A stretch of DNA of 64,000 nucleotides from the NCBI GenBank assembly GCA_041697335.1, contig JBGUGD010000016.1, positions 128,001 through 192,000 on the forward strand, in the 5' to 3' direction. Positions 1 through 9,812 of the stretch are shown in pieces (position 1 is the first letter of the stretch; every line of letters starts with the position of its first letter). Origin of the DNA: Vampirovibrionaceae bacterium NZW_1234 (GTDB taxonomy: Bacteria > Cyanobacteriota > Vampirovibrionia > Vampirovibrionales > JAGQHJ01). The notes beneath the pieces were generated by a model, which saw only the letters and a list, made by a program, of their open reading frames with translations, was not told the origin of the DNA and searched no databases. The translations under genes were made by a program, and so were the position numbers.

Positions 1-2
1 CG

Positions 3-410
3 GCCATCCAACGCCAAAGGCACCCGGATTTGCGTCAGTCAGAACGCAAGACCGCAGAATTCCCGATTACCATTCAAGAATTGCCTGAAATCCGATTTAA
101 AGTGGTAGGGGGCTCTCCCCAAGGGCTAACCTTGAGCTATCGCGCATCCAAATTGTTTATCGGACTGGTCCTTGGCAACACTTACACTCTAAAGACAGAA
201 TACAAAACCGACGTGTTGGAATTACCCGGCAAGGTCACCCACATTCATTATGATTGGCGTACATTGGAACACCAGGTCGGCCTGCAGATTACCAATATTA
301 GTGCCATTCAAGAGCTTATGTTAAATCGTCTGATTGATCCCAACTATGAAATTACCATTAAAGCCGCCTCCACCATTGATACAGAAGAAGCTCGTATTCG
401 GGGAGATTAA
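3..410 (+). CDS. C-terminal part of a PilZ-like domain protein (5' truncated by the window edge)
   Basis: The frame is open from base 3. It has an RQSER (RxxxR) motif, a degenerate SxxG motif and PilZ-like strands (LPGKVTHI...VGLQI). Confidence 0.5.
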   Translation, partial: AIQRQRHPDLRQSERKTAEFPITIQELPEIRFKVVGGSPQGLTLSYRASKLFIGLVLGNTYTLKTEYKTDVLELPGKVTHIHYDWRTLEHQVGLQITNISAIQELMLNRLIDPNYEITIKAASTIDTEEARIRGD

Positions 411-482
411 GCCAAAAGGGCCGTTCGCTTTATCCTATCAGGGCCTATCGCTCTCATCCATAAACAATGTTAGGATAGTCTT

Positions 483-818
483 ATGATGAAACTCATTGAA
501 GATATTACCGTTATTGCGGCTGATGAATTTCTTTCCTTTGAAGGGGAAATGATCTTCGTCGATACAGAATGCCCCTTTAAGTCTCAACCACTGTCTCAGG
601 TCTTTATTGCCATTGGAGACTCAGAAACGGAATTACCCTCCATGTGGCAGGAATCTACCTTGTTTCAGGGAGATATTTTCAGCACCTTTGAAAATAATGT
701 CCTTCATACGTTTATCTCCCTCGAGTTTCAACAATATCTAGAGCCTGGGCAATATTTATTTATCAAGGTCATTACCATGGGTGAGCCAAACGATCGAAAA
801 GCTATCCGATTGACCTAA
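483..818 (+). CDS. hypothetical acidic protein
   Basis: 111-aa ORF with AGGA upstream, lying alone between neighbouring genes. No family recognised. Confidence 0.55.
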   Translation: MMKLIEDITVIAADEFLSFEGEMIFVDTECPFKSQPLSQVFIAIGDSETELPSMWQESTLFQGDIFSTFENNVLHTFISLEFQQYLEPGQYLFIKVITMGEPNDRKAIRLT

Positions 819-1141
819 GAAATTTGTTGAGCCTTCATGTTTTGAAACAAATCGAGGGAAAACCAAGCCGTCTCTACTAGAAACGAGTATGGGTTTTACT
901 TCGATCAATAGAATGTGGCTAATGATTTTACCCGCCTGGCCAATTCCTTATCGATGACACAGATTGAGACGATACTTACAGCTTAGTTTTTATGTTGCTT
1001 CGTCATGGACACAGGTTCAACTGATAGAAAAAATAGAAAATATGCTCTTTTATGCGTTTTTCTGATAGAATAGGTCAGCTCAATTAGCCCCTCTAAAAGT
1101 TAGACGTGCCTTAACAACCAGTGTAGATAGGAGATTCAGGG

Positions 1142-2839
1142 ATGGGATTCGGATCATTTGTCCTTATGTTGCATAGTCACTTGCCGTACTATCGCAAACA
1201 TGGGATGTGGCCCTTTGGTGAAGAGAATTTATACGAATGCATGGCAGAAACCTATCTGCCCTTGCTCAATGCCTTGACCGAGCTCAAAAATGAAGGCATC
1301 AAAGCGGGTATTACCGTGGGCATCACCCCGATTTTGGCTGAACAACTGGCCGACCCCCATTCCAAGGCCGGGTTTATTGCCTTCCTGGATGCTCGTAAAA
1401 AAGCAGCTCAAGAAGATACCCAGCGCTATCCCAATCCAAACGTAGAGCATTCAGAGCACCTAGCTTACCTGGCCAATTGGTACGTCAATTACTACCAGCA
1501 ATTAAAAGACGATTTTATCCAAAAATACAATCAGGACCTCTTGGCAGGGTTCAAAGCATTACAAGATGAAGGGTGTATTGAAGTCACCACTTCGGGTGCC
1601 ACGCACGGGTTTTCACCACTTTTAGGTACCGATGAAGCAGTCAATAATCAGTTTCATGTGGGCGTGGAATCTTACAAACGCCACTTTGGACGTGAACCTA
1701 AAGGGGTTTGGTTGCCGGAATGTGCCTATCGTCCAGAAGAAACTGAGCTATTACCCTCTGGCCAAGCCAAGGTTCGGCCTTCTGTGGATGCTTTCCTGTA
1801 TGAAAACAATTTAAAGTACTTCTTTACGGAATACCACGCCATTGAAGGGGGTGTCTCTTCAGGTGCGCGTCGTGTCATTGGTGTATACGGCAATATCCAG
1901 TACATCCCTTTACCGGCTAGACCAGCCACTGGCCTAACAACCTACGAAGCCTATTGGATGCGTAACTATCCTGTAGCCGTCATGGGGAGAAATGATCGGG
2001 CCAGCTTCCAAGTGTGGTCTGCAGCTGATGGCTATCCTGGCGACGGTTTATACCGGGAGTTCCACCGCAAGGACGACAAATCCGGCCTTCATTATTGGCG
2101 ACTCACTTCTAAAGAGTGTGACTTGGGGCACAAAATGCTGTATGACCCAGTTTTGGCAGAACAGCAAACCCATCTTAACTCCGATCACTTTGCCAATTTG
2201 GTCTACCATCTGCTGAAAGATAACCATGAAGCCACCGGCAAGCATAGTTTAGTTATGGTGTCCTTTGATACCGAACTCTTCGGGCATTGGTGGTTTGAAG
2301 GGGTAACGTGGCTAAAGCGGGTTCTACAAAAATTGCATGCCGCTGAAGGTGTGGACGTTTGCACTTCGTCCGCCTATTTGGAAACACACCCACCCGAAGC
2401 CGCCATTGAACTGCCAGAAAGCACGTGGGGTCAAGGAGGCCATTACTGGGTATGGCAAAACCATCATACCGAATGGATGTGGCCACAAATCCACAGCGCT
2501 GAGTTCAAAATGAAAGAACTGGTTGAAACCTATCGCAACGAAACGAATACCTTAAAAGTTCGCTTGCTGAATCAGACACTGCGCGAGCTGTTGCTACTAG
2601 AAAGCAGTGACTGGCCATTTTTGGTGACCACGTTCCAAGCAAAAGATTATGCCATTGAGCGCTTTAATGAGCACAAAGATCGTTTTTGGGCCTTGGTTTC
2701 GATGCTGGAGACCGGAGCCATTGATGAAGGCCAGCTGGCGCTTTTTGAAGATGAAGACAACCCATTCCCCAATATTGATTTCCGGGGCTATCAGTATCAA
2801 TTCAAGCCGCAATTGCAAGTGGCTGCCAATCCGGCCTAA
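1142..2839 (+). CDS. glycoside hydrolase family 57, 1,4-alpha-glucan branching enzyme type (DUF1957)
   Basis: Motifs LHSHLPY, ETYLPLL, WLPECAY (nucleophile), FDTELFGHWWFEG (acid/base) and ESSDWPF. AGGAG RBS. Confidence 0.93.
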   Translation: MGFGSFVLMLHSHLPYYRKHGMWPFGEENLYECMAETYLPLLNALTELKNEGIKAGITVGITPILAEQLADPHSKAGFIAFLDARKKAAQEDTQRYPNPNVEHSEHLAYLANWYVNYYQQLKDDFIQKYNQDLLAGFKALQDEGCIEVTTSGATHGFSPLLGTDEAVNNQFHVGVESYKRHFGREPKGVWLPECAYRPEETELLPSGQAKVRPSVDAFLYENNLKYFFTEYHAIEGGVSSGARRVIGVYGNIQYIPLPARPATGLTTYEAYWMRNYPVAVMGRNDRASFQVWSAADGYPGDGLYREFHRKDDKSGLHYWRLTSKECDLGHKMLYDPVLAEQQTHLNSDHFANLVYHLLKDNHEATGKHSLVMVSFDTELFGHWWFEGVTWLKRVLQKLHAAEGVDVCTSSAYLETHPPEAAIELPESTWGQGGHYWVWQNHHTEWMWPQIHSAEFKMKELVETYRNETNTLKVRLLNQTLRELLLLESSDWPFLVTTFQAKDYAIERFNEHKDRFWALVSMLETGAIDEGQLALFEDEDNPFPNIDFRGYQYQFKPQLQVAANPA

Positions 2840-2852
2840 GGCGGTTTAGGCG

Positions 2853-4955
2853 ATGCCACGGGACTTGGTTGTCGGCAATGGCAATCTGCTGATCTGCCTG
2901 GATAAATACCTGCATCTTCGCGATCTGTACTACCCTCGCGTGGGTGAACTCAACCATATCATTGGTCATTATCATCGCCTCGGATTATGGGTGGATGGTC
3001 AGTTTAGCTGGACCAGTTACGCTGAATGGGAAATTCAGACCGGTTACCTACCAGACTCACTCGTAACAAAGTCCGTTGCCATCAATTCTGCGTTGCAAGT
3101 TCGCTTAACCTTGCATGATACGGTTCTCCCGGATAAAGATATTTATCTCAGACGGATTATCATTGACGATCTTTCTGACAGCGATACACCACGCTCCGTG
3201 CGTCTATTTTTCTGTCAGGACTATTATCTTTATGAGTCGGATATCGGTGATACCGCCTTTTATGATCCACATACCCATAGCGTGATTCATTACAAGCGCG
3301 AAACGTACTTGCTCAGCTCCGGCTTGGTAAATCGTACAGGTGGCTTTAGTGACTATTGCTGTGGTACAAAGAAGTTTCATGGTGCAGAGGGGACTTGGAA
3401 AGACGCTGAAGACGGAGAATTGTCTCAAAACCCGATTACTCAAGGCTCTGTCGATAGCGCTATAGGGTTTCGAGCGTCCTTAGACGCCAGTCATCCTGTA
3501 ACTATTGACTATTGGATTGTGGCAGGCACAAGCCTCAAAGAGGTTCGAAATCTGCACCATTGGCTCAAATCCAAGGGATGTGATGCCCTGCTCCACCAAA
3601 CTGAAAGTTACTGGCGAAACTGGGTCGTAAGCCAAGTCAATCTGAATCTCACGGAGCTACCCCCGATGTTGGGGAGCCTATTCAAACGAAGTCTATTGAC
3701 GATTCGCACTCAAGCTGATAATGGAGGCGCCATTACAGCAGCCAATGATACGGATTATTTCTCCTTCTCTCGAGATACTTACAGTTACATGTGGCCTAGA
3801 GATGGCGCTTTTGTAGCCTACGCCTTAGATCAAACTGGGCATCAAGACCTGACACGGCGCTTTTTCCGATTTTGCCACCACATTTTTCAGGAAGGGTTTG
3901 ACCCAAGTGCCACTGTTGATGGTGAACCACAGGCTTTCTTCTATCATAAATATACCCCAAGCGGCTCTGTTGGAAGCTCTTGGCATTCCTGGATTACCCA
4001 AAAACAAGATTTGGTTTTACCCATTCAAGAGGACGAGACAGCTCTGATCCTTTGGGCGCTGTGGAACCACTACCAACAATACCGGGATATCGCCTTTGTA
4101 CGGAATATGTACGATGATATGATCTGCCCGGCTGCCAATTTTCTGGCGAGTTACCGCGATCCTAAGACCCATTTGCCTTTACCCTGCTATGACCTTTGGG
4201 AAGAGCGCCTGGGCATTCATACATTTACCGTAGCTACGGTCTATGCGGGTCTACAAGCGGCAGCGAATTTTGCCACATTGTTTGGCGACACAACACACTC
4301 GCTTCGGTACAGAGAAGCGGCAAGCCATGTCAAAACAGCTGCCTTAACTTACCTTTGGAGTGATCAACTTGGGTATTTCTATCGTTGTTTATTTCAAGAC
4401 CCCCAAACGGGTGAGCTCCAAGCGGATACCACCTTGGAAAGCAGTACTTATGCCATGTTTTTCTTTGAGCTGTTAACTCCCGATGACCCGCGCATGGTGA
4501 GCACTATGAAGGCCCTGCGCAACGCCTTGTGGGTTAAAACAGAGGTGGGGGGCATGGCCCGCTACATGAACGATTATTACCATCAAGTGTCCAAAGACAC
4601 ACAACAAATTCCTGGGAATCCATGGATCGTTTGCACCATGTGGCTTGCCCAATGGTATATTGCTGCTGCTCAAAGCAAAGAGGACCTGGAATCTGCACTT
4701 GAGCTTCTGGAATGGGCAGGCCGTGTTACCCTGACCAGTGGGCTGATGCCAGAACAGTTAAACCCCTACACAGGCGAACCTATTTCAGTGGCCCCTCTGA
4801 CCTGGAGTCATGCAGCCTTTGTCAGCACCATCAGTATTTATTTGGACAAATACAAAAAAATTGCCAAGCGTGAGCGCCTACGTAATATCACCAGTGCCCG
4901 ACGAGAAGGTATCTTGTCCGTCTCTTCTCTGAGTGAACAAGGCGAACTGTATTAA
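2853..4955 (+). CDS. glycoside hydrolase family 15 (glucoamylase-like)
   Basis: Motifs MPRDLVVGNG, YSYMWPRDG, PIQEDETA, YDLWEER and PEQ..P......APLTWSHA. Confidence 0.92.
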   Translation: MPRDLVVGNGNLLICLDKYLHLRDLYYPRVGELNHIIGHYHRLGLWVDGQFSWTSYAEWEIQTGYLPDSLVTKSVAINSALQVRLTLHDTVLPDKDIYLRRIIIDDLSDSDTPRSVRLFFCQDYYLYESDIGDTAFYDPHTHSVIHYKRETYLLSSGLVNRTGGFSDYCCGTKKFHGAEGTWKDAEDGELSQNPITQGSVDSAIGFRASLDASHPVTIDYWIVAGTSLKEVRNLHHWLKSKGCDALLHQTESYWRNWVVSQVNLNLTELPPMLGSLFKRSLLTIRTQADNGGAITAANDTDYFSFSRDTYSYMWPRDGAFVAYALDQTGHQDLTRRFFRFCHHIFQEGFDPSATVDGEPQAFFYHKYTPSGSVGSSWHSWITQKQDLVLPIQEDETALILWALWNHYQQYRDIAFVRNMYDDMICPAANFLASYRDPKTHLPLPCYDLWEERLGIHTFTVATVYAGLQAAANFATLFGDTTHSLRYREAASHVKTAALTYLWSDQLGYFYRCLFQDPQTGELQADTTLESSTYAMFFFELLTPDDPRMVSTMKALRNALWVKTEVGGMARYMNDYYHQVSKDTQQIPGNPWIVCTMWLAQWYIAAAQSKEDLESALELLEWAGRVTLTSGLMPEQLNPYTGEPISVAPLTWSHAAFVSTISIYLDKYKKIAKRERLRNITSARREGILSVSSLSEQGELY

Positions 4956-4988
4956 GAGCGCAACAACCCGTAAGTAGTAGAGAGTGCT

Positions 4989-6329
4989 TCAGCCTCTGGA
5001 TCTGGCCATTAGCAGATGTTGCATCGTGTCATAAAAACCAGGATAAGAGATGCCGACCCATGAGGTTCCCTCAATTGGCAAAGCTGTCTTGGAGCGGAGA
5101 TTCAAGATTTCCAATGCCATTACCAGGCGATGGTCATGATGGGTTTCCAAAGGTTTAGAAACAGAAGGGACTTCCCATACCGGGTTTCCGGTAAAAGACA
5201 TGCCATCCGGATAGGCTTCAACAGCAACACCGAACGTTTCTAACAAATGAATTAAGGACCCCAGACGATCGGATTCCTTGAAGCGAAGCTCTTCGGCACC
5301 GCGTAAGGTAAAGCGACCTGCCGTAAACAGACCCAAAATCGTTAAAATAGGAATTTCATCAATTAAAGCGGGCACTAATTCTGGCTCAATGACAATATCG
5401 CCTTTCAAAGGCTGACTTTCAAATACCAAATCGCCATAGGGCTCCCCGCAGCTGATGCCCTGATTTTCAATGTTTATGTGCAGCCCCATCCGCTTTAAGA
5501 CAGACAATAGACCCGTCCTGCCGGGATTGAGGGAAACCTGCTGAATCCGAAGGACTGAGCCAGGTAAAATAGCGGCCCCCACAAGCCAAAATGCGGCGGA
5601 CGAAATATCTCCCGGAACCACAATATCTTGTGCCACCATATCGGACTTACGTCCGTGTAACGTAATCGTATGGCCGACAGTTTCAACTCGGGCGCCAAGT
5701 GCGGTCAACATACGCTCTGTATGATCTCGCGAAGGTAAAGGTTCTTCCACTACCACCTGAGTCTGGGGATCCGCGAATAAGCCTGCCAGTAAAATAGCAC
5801 TTTTCACCTGGGCAGAAGCCATGGGCAGTGTGTAATGAACGCCAGAAATACCATGAGCTGCAGGTTCTAGCTTCAATGGCGCAGTTAGTGCATCACCTGT
5901 CGCGTTAATAGTAACGCCCATTTGGCTTAGGGGGTCTATCACGCGTTTCATGGGCCGCTTACACAAGCTGCTGTCTCCGGTCAGAGTTGCAGCAATCCCA
6001 GCCCCAGCAAGAATACCGCTCATCAATCGGATAGTTGTCCCGGAGTTACCGCAATCCAAAGGTTCAGAAGGAACGATAAATTGTTCCCTACCAGTAACTT
6101 TCCAGCGATTATCCCCTAAAGATTCTATTTGACAGCCTAAAGTACGCATACATGCCAGAGTCGACATCACGTCCTGCCCGGAAGATAAGTTTGAAATAAC
6201 AGCCTGTCCTCGTGACAGACCTAACATCATCAGTGCCCGGTGACTGATTGATTTGTCACCCGGCAGGGAAAGAGTGCCTTGAAGGTGTTTGGACACAAGC
6301 AGATCCTCTAATTTCAAATTGCGAGTCAA
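4989..6329 (-). CDS. aroA: 3-phosphoshikimate 1-carboxyvinyltransferase
   Basis: Motifs PGDKSISHRA, DCGNSGTT, ASAQVKSA, RDHTERM, KESDRL and DHRL. Confidence 0.96.
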   Translation of the reverse strand: MTRNLKLEDLLVSKHLQGTLSLPGDKSISHRALMMLGLSRGQAVISNLSSGQDVMSTLACMRTLGCQIESLGDNRWKVTGREQFIVPSEPLDCGNSGTTIRLMSGILAGAGIAATLTGDSSLCKRPMKRVIDPLSQMGVTINATGDALTAPLKLEPAAHGISGVHYTLPMASAQVKSAILLAGLFADPQTQVVVEEPLPSRDHTERMLTALGARVETVGHTITLHGRKSDMVAQDIVVPGDISSAAFWLVGAAILPGSVLRIQQVSLNPGRTGLLSVLKRMGLHINIENQGISCGEPYGDLVFESQPLKGDIVIEPELVPALIDEIPILTILGLFTAGRFTLRGAEELRFKESDRLGSLIHLLETFGVAVEAYPDGMSFTGNPVWEVPSVSKPLETHHDHRLVMALEILNLRSKTALPIEGTSWVGISYPGFYDTMQHLLMARSRG

Positions 6330-6361
6330 TGGCAGTCGCGTCTTTGTGGTAGGTTGGTGTT

Positions 6362-7639
6362 ATGAAGCAGTTTAGTCAAACCGACTCGGCTCTGCAAGCC
6401 TCAGCCTCGGGCATTCTGAATCCTCGAGCCGATCGGCTTATTATGCGCCCCTTGGGACTACCTTTAGCCGACACTCTGCCCACACGAAATACGGATCTGG
6501 TCCAACAGCAATGGGTAATTGCCTATCCGGATAGTGTCATGCTTTCAGCGCATATGGCACAACTGATCCAGTCCGGGTTTCCATCAGATTCTCTTGCGGC
6601 CATTACCCCTGAAACACCGCCTCATGAGGAACGATTCATCTGGGATGCCTGGAACAACCGTAAGGTGTCAACGGTACTCATCACAGGAGCAAGATTACAA
6701 GCCACGACAGTTTTAGAACGTCTCTATGATGCCTCTCCGTGGTTTACTCTCATTATCGAACATGCCCATTTGAGTTTAGCTCCTTGGGACGGCCCGGATG
6801 CCCATCATCCATATACAAGTCTAAGTCGGCTCATTAGTGAGCGTTGGCCCAACCGCCCTCCTCTATGGCTGGTTACTCCAGGTCTTGGCTCAGAGGATTC
6901 TAAATTACTTTATGACATCTGGGGCCTTCAAGTACCAGACCCAGTGTGGGCAAATGTCACAAGCCGCAACATAGAAGCGTTTCTTCACTATGAAGTTACT
7001 CAATACCAGAAGATCCGACGTCTCCAGCGTCTCTTAAAAAGCTCATTAGCGGAAGGTGTGCTTCCTATTGTCATTGTTCCCCACGGCAATGACATGAGCC
7101 GATTAACCCGATACTTATCTGCTCTACCCGTCCACACGCTCTCTCGTCAGCAATTAACTTCTTTCACACCTGCCGACGGGACATCTGCTTCCATTATTCA
7201 TCCTGAAGTAGCCCTCGTGATAGAGCAGCGGCTGCTAGATACATTACCTTGGTCATGGCTTCATTGTGGCCCGCGTCACGTGATTCATTGGCAAGTCCCA
7301 TGGTGCGTGGATCAACTTCGTCACCATGTGCATTTGGCCAACTCTACCCAGGCACAACACCAACTGACCGTTCTATATACCAAAGAAGATGTCCTTTCGA
7401 TGCAGGCATCCCTAAAGCGTCGACGCATTGAACACAACCAGGCACTCTTTGACAGAGCCTACGCTCGTTTACAATTCATGAGAGAACTCTGCCTGCAAGG
7501 ATTTCATGGATCCGAACTCCACTGGCCTGAACTGTCTCAACAGGTTGAGACTTCTCCTATAGCTATCGGAGAATCAGACGCCAGAACTTCCAAATTCTCC
7601 TCTCGATGGATGAATCTCTTGCGTCGCTTGGTCTTCTGA
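6362..7639 (+). CDS. degenerate RecQ-like helicase-fold protein, probably inactive
   Basis: RecQ motifs appear in order but eroded: LIIEHAH..APW (cf. IDEAH..SQW), VIHWQVP and LYTKED. No Walker A motif. Confidence 0.6.
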   Translation: MKQFSQTDSALQASASGILNPRADRLIMRPLGLPLADTLPTRNTDLVQQQWVIAYPDSVMLSAHMAQLIQSGFPSDSLAAITPETPPHEERFIWDAWNNRKVSTVLITGARLQATTVLERLYDASPWFTLIIEHAHLSLAPWDGPDAHHPYTSLSRLISERWPNRPPLWLVTPGLGSEDSKLLYDIWGLQVPDPVWANVTSRNIEAFLHYEVTQYQKIRRLQRLLKSSLAEGVLPIVIVPHGNDMSRLTRYLSALPVHTLSRQQLTSFTPADGTSASIIHPEVALVIEQRLLDTLPWSWLHCGPRHVIHWQVPWCVDQLRHHVHLANSTQAQHQLTVLYTKEDVLSMQASLKRRRIEHNQALFDRAYARLQFMRELCLQGFHGSELHWPELSQQVETSPIAIGESDARTSKFSSRWMNLLRRLVF

Positions 7640-7697
7640 CCCCAGCCACAGGATATAATAATTTCCTAGAATCAGGCATCTTACGGGTTTAAGCTCT

Positions 7698-8474
7698 GTG
7701 GATATTACCTCTCTGATCGGACTCATTTTTGGCATTGCGGCCGTTATCGGTGGTCAAATTCTGGAAGGCGGCAGTGTGATGGCCATCGTCCAGCCGACAG
7801 CTTTCCTCATCGTTATGGGTGGAACCGTGGGCGCGGTCCTTTTAAGTTTTCCCGGCAAAGACCTGATGAATGCCGTCAAAGGTCTAAAAGCCGTCTTTTT
7901 GGGTGCAGGTGGCAATTTCAAGGAAACCATTGATCTGCTGGTTAATTTAGCCTTGAAAGCCCGTAAAGAAGGTATCCTCGCACTGCAAGCCGAGATCAAA
8001 GACATTGATGATGTGTTTTTGAAGAAGGGCATGGAGTTGATGACGGATGGGACAGATCCAGCTCTTGTACGGGATATTTTAGAAACGGAATTATCCTTTC
8101 TTGAAGAAGAAGTACAGTCCGCCTCCAAGGTATTCGAGTCTGCGGGCGGCTTTGCTCCCACCGTAGGCATTCTTGGGGCCGTCTTAGGCTTAATTCACGT
8201 TATGGAAAACCTTTCCGATCCCAGCAAGTTGGGATCAGGCATTGCCGTTGCGTTTGTGGCAACCGTCTATGGGGTAGGATTTGCTAATCTGATCTTTATC
8301 CCCATGGGGAACAAACTCAAATTCAATATGCGAAAGTTTATTGTGATGCGGGAAATGATGATCGAAGGGATTCTCTCAATTCAAGCAGGAGAAAGCCCGA
8401 ACTTCATCCGGCAAAAACTCCAGGTGTTTGACGGCGGCGGAGAAGCCGGTGGCGAAGCCGCTGAGGCAGGCTAA
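7698..8474 (+). CDS. motA: flagellar motor stator protein MotA
   Basis: Motifs ARKEGILAL, GGFAPTVGILGAVLGLI and AFVATVYG. Confidence 0.96.
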   Translation: MDITSLIGLIFGIAAVIGGQILEGGSVMAIVQPTAFLIVMGGTVGAVLLSFPGKDLMNAVKGLKAVFLGAGGNFKETIDLLVNLALKARKEGILALQAEIKDIDDVFLKKGMELMTDGTDPALVRDILETELSFLEEEVQSASKVFESAGGFAPTVGILGAVLGLIHVMENLSDPSKLGSGIAVAFVATVYGVGFANLIFIPMGNKLKFNMRKFIVMREMMIEGILSIQAGESPNFIRQKLQVFDGGGEAGGEAAEAG

Positions 8475-8477
8475 GGC

Positions 8478-9695
8478 ATGGGGAAGAAGCACAAGCACCC
8501 CGAACACGAGAACCTTGAACGTTGGCTAGTCTCCTACGCCGACTTTATTACCCTGCTGTTTGCAACCTTTGTTGTTCTCTACGCATTGTCTCAGGCCGAT
8601 TTAGCAAAATTCAAACAGTTTTCTCAGTCCGTAAAGCAAGCCTTTTCACCAGCCAAAAGTATTATGCAAAACCCAGGTGGCGTGTTAAAAGGCAATCCCA
8701 ATGCCGGTATTCTGAAAGAAAGCGGCAATAGCATCCTGGACAAATTTGTTCCCAAGGATCCGGGCGAAGGCGGGGGTAGCACAGAAGGTAAAGGGCAAGC
8801 AAAGAACCTCTTGGTGGAGACCATTAAGGAAATTAACCAGCAAGTTGAGGCGATGAACAAACAAAACACGGCTCAAAACGGTGAATCTATTGGTGCAAGC
8901 AGCATCAAGGTTCAGGAGCGAGGGGTCGTCATCAGTTTGTCTAGTGGCCTCTTCTTTGAGCCTGCCAGTGCAGGATTGAAACCAGCCTCGTTTAAAGTTT
9001 TAAATCAGCTCGCTGAGCTCCTGAAAAAGACACCGAACATCATCCATGTTGAAGGTCATACTGATAACCAACCCATGACCTCCGCTATTTATCCCTCGAA
9101 CTGGGAATTATCCACAGCTCGTGCAAGCAGCGTGGTGCGCTATTTTATCAGTCGTCATGGAGTCCCGCCAGAGAGAATTGCTGCAGTTGGGTATGGCGAT
9201 ACCCGACCCATTGCCGACAACACTTCCCGTGAAGGCCGGCAAAAGAACCGTCGAGTAGATATCGTCATTCTTTCCTCGAGCGCAAGCAGTACGGCAGATG
9301 CAGGGGTTGCCCAAACCTCGGAACAGAACGTCATCCTAAACCATGAAAGCCAGGGCCCCTCCGCTTCTGATCATCCAGAACATTCACAGCACTTGCCTGA
9401 AGCTCACAAGCCTGCTGCAAAACCCGAACATGCCAAACCATCCGGTCAGATCCACACTGCTCCTTCAAGCTTTTCGACTCACACCCCGCAAGAACCAGCG
9501 AAAGAGTCTCATGAAGCTAAGGAGGAGAGCCCTGCCAAGCCGAATAGTATAAACATCATTCCTGAGAAACCCAACATCTTTAGAAGCAAACCCGATACCG
9601 CACCCATGCAAGAAAAACCCAACAAGGGCCGCTCGCGTATCCGGTTTTCAGACGAACCCAGCAGCCGGTCTGATCATACTCAAGCCATGCATTAA
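8478..9695 (+). CDS. motB: flagellar motor protein MotB with a long low-complexity C-terminal tail
   Basis: Motif WLVSYADFITLL plus an OmpA domain (EGHTDN, NWELSTARA, NRRV). Confidence 0.95.
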   Translation: MGKKHKHPEHENLERWLVSYADFITLLFATFVVLYALSQADLAKFKQFSQSVKQAFSPAKSIMQNPGGVLKGNPNAGILKESGNSILDKFVPKDPGEGGGSTEGKGQAKNLLVETIKEINQQVEAMNKQNTAQNGESIGASSIKVQERGVVISLSSGLFFEPASAGLKPASFKVLNQLAELLKKTPNIIHVEGHTDNQPMTSAIYPSNWELSTARASSVVRYFISRHGVPPERIAAVGYGDTRPIADNTSREGRQKNRRVDIVILSSSASSTADAGVAQTSEQNVILNHESQGPSASDHPEHSQHLPEAHKPAAKPEHAKPSGQIHTAPSSFSTHTPQEPAKESHEAKEESPAKPNSINIIPEKPNIFRSKPDTAPMQEKPNKGRSRIRFSDEPSSRSDHTQAMH

Positions 9696-9812
9696 ATTGT
9701 TTCAACAGCTCAGAACATATTCTCCTCTCCGCACCCCAGGTAATCTAGGGCGAGGTAATATAGTGAAAGTGACGTTCGATTCTTGCAATCACCTGGATGA
9801 TTCACTTCAACG

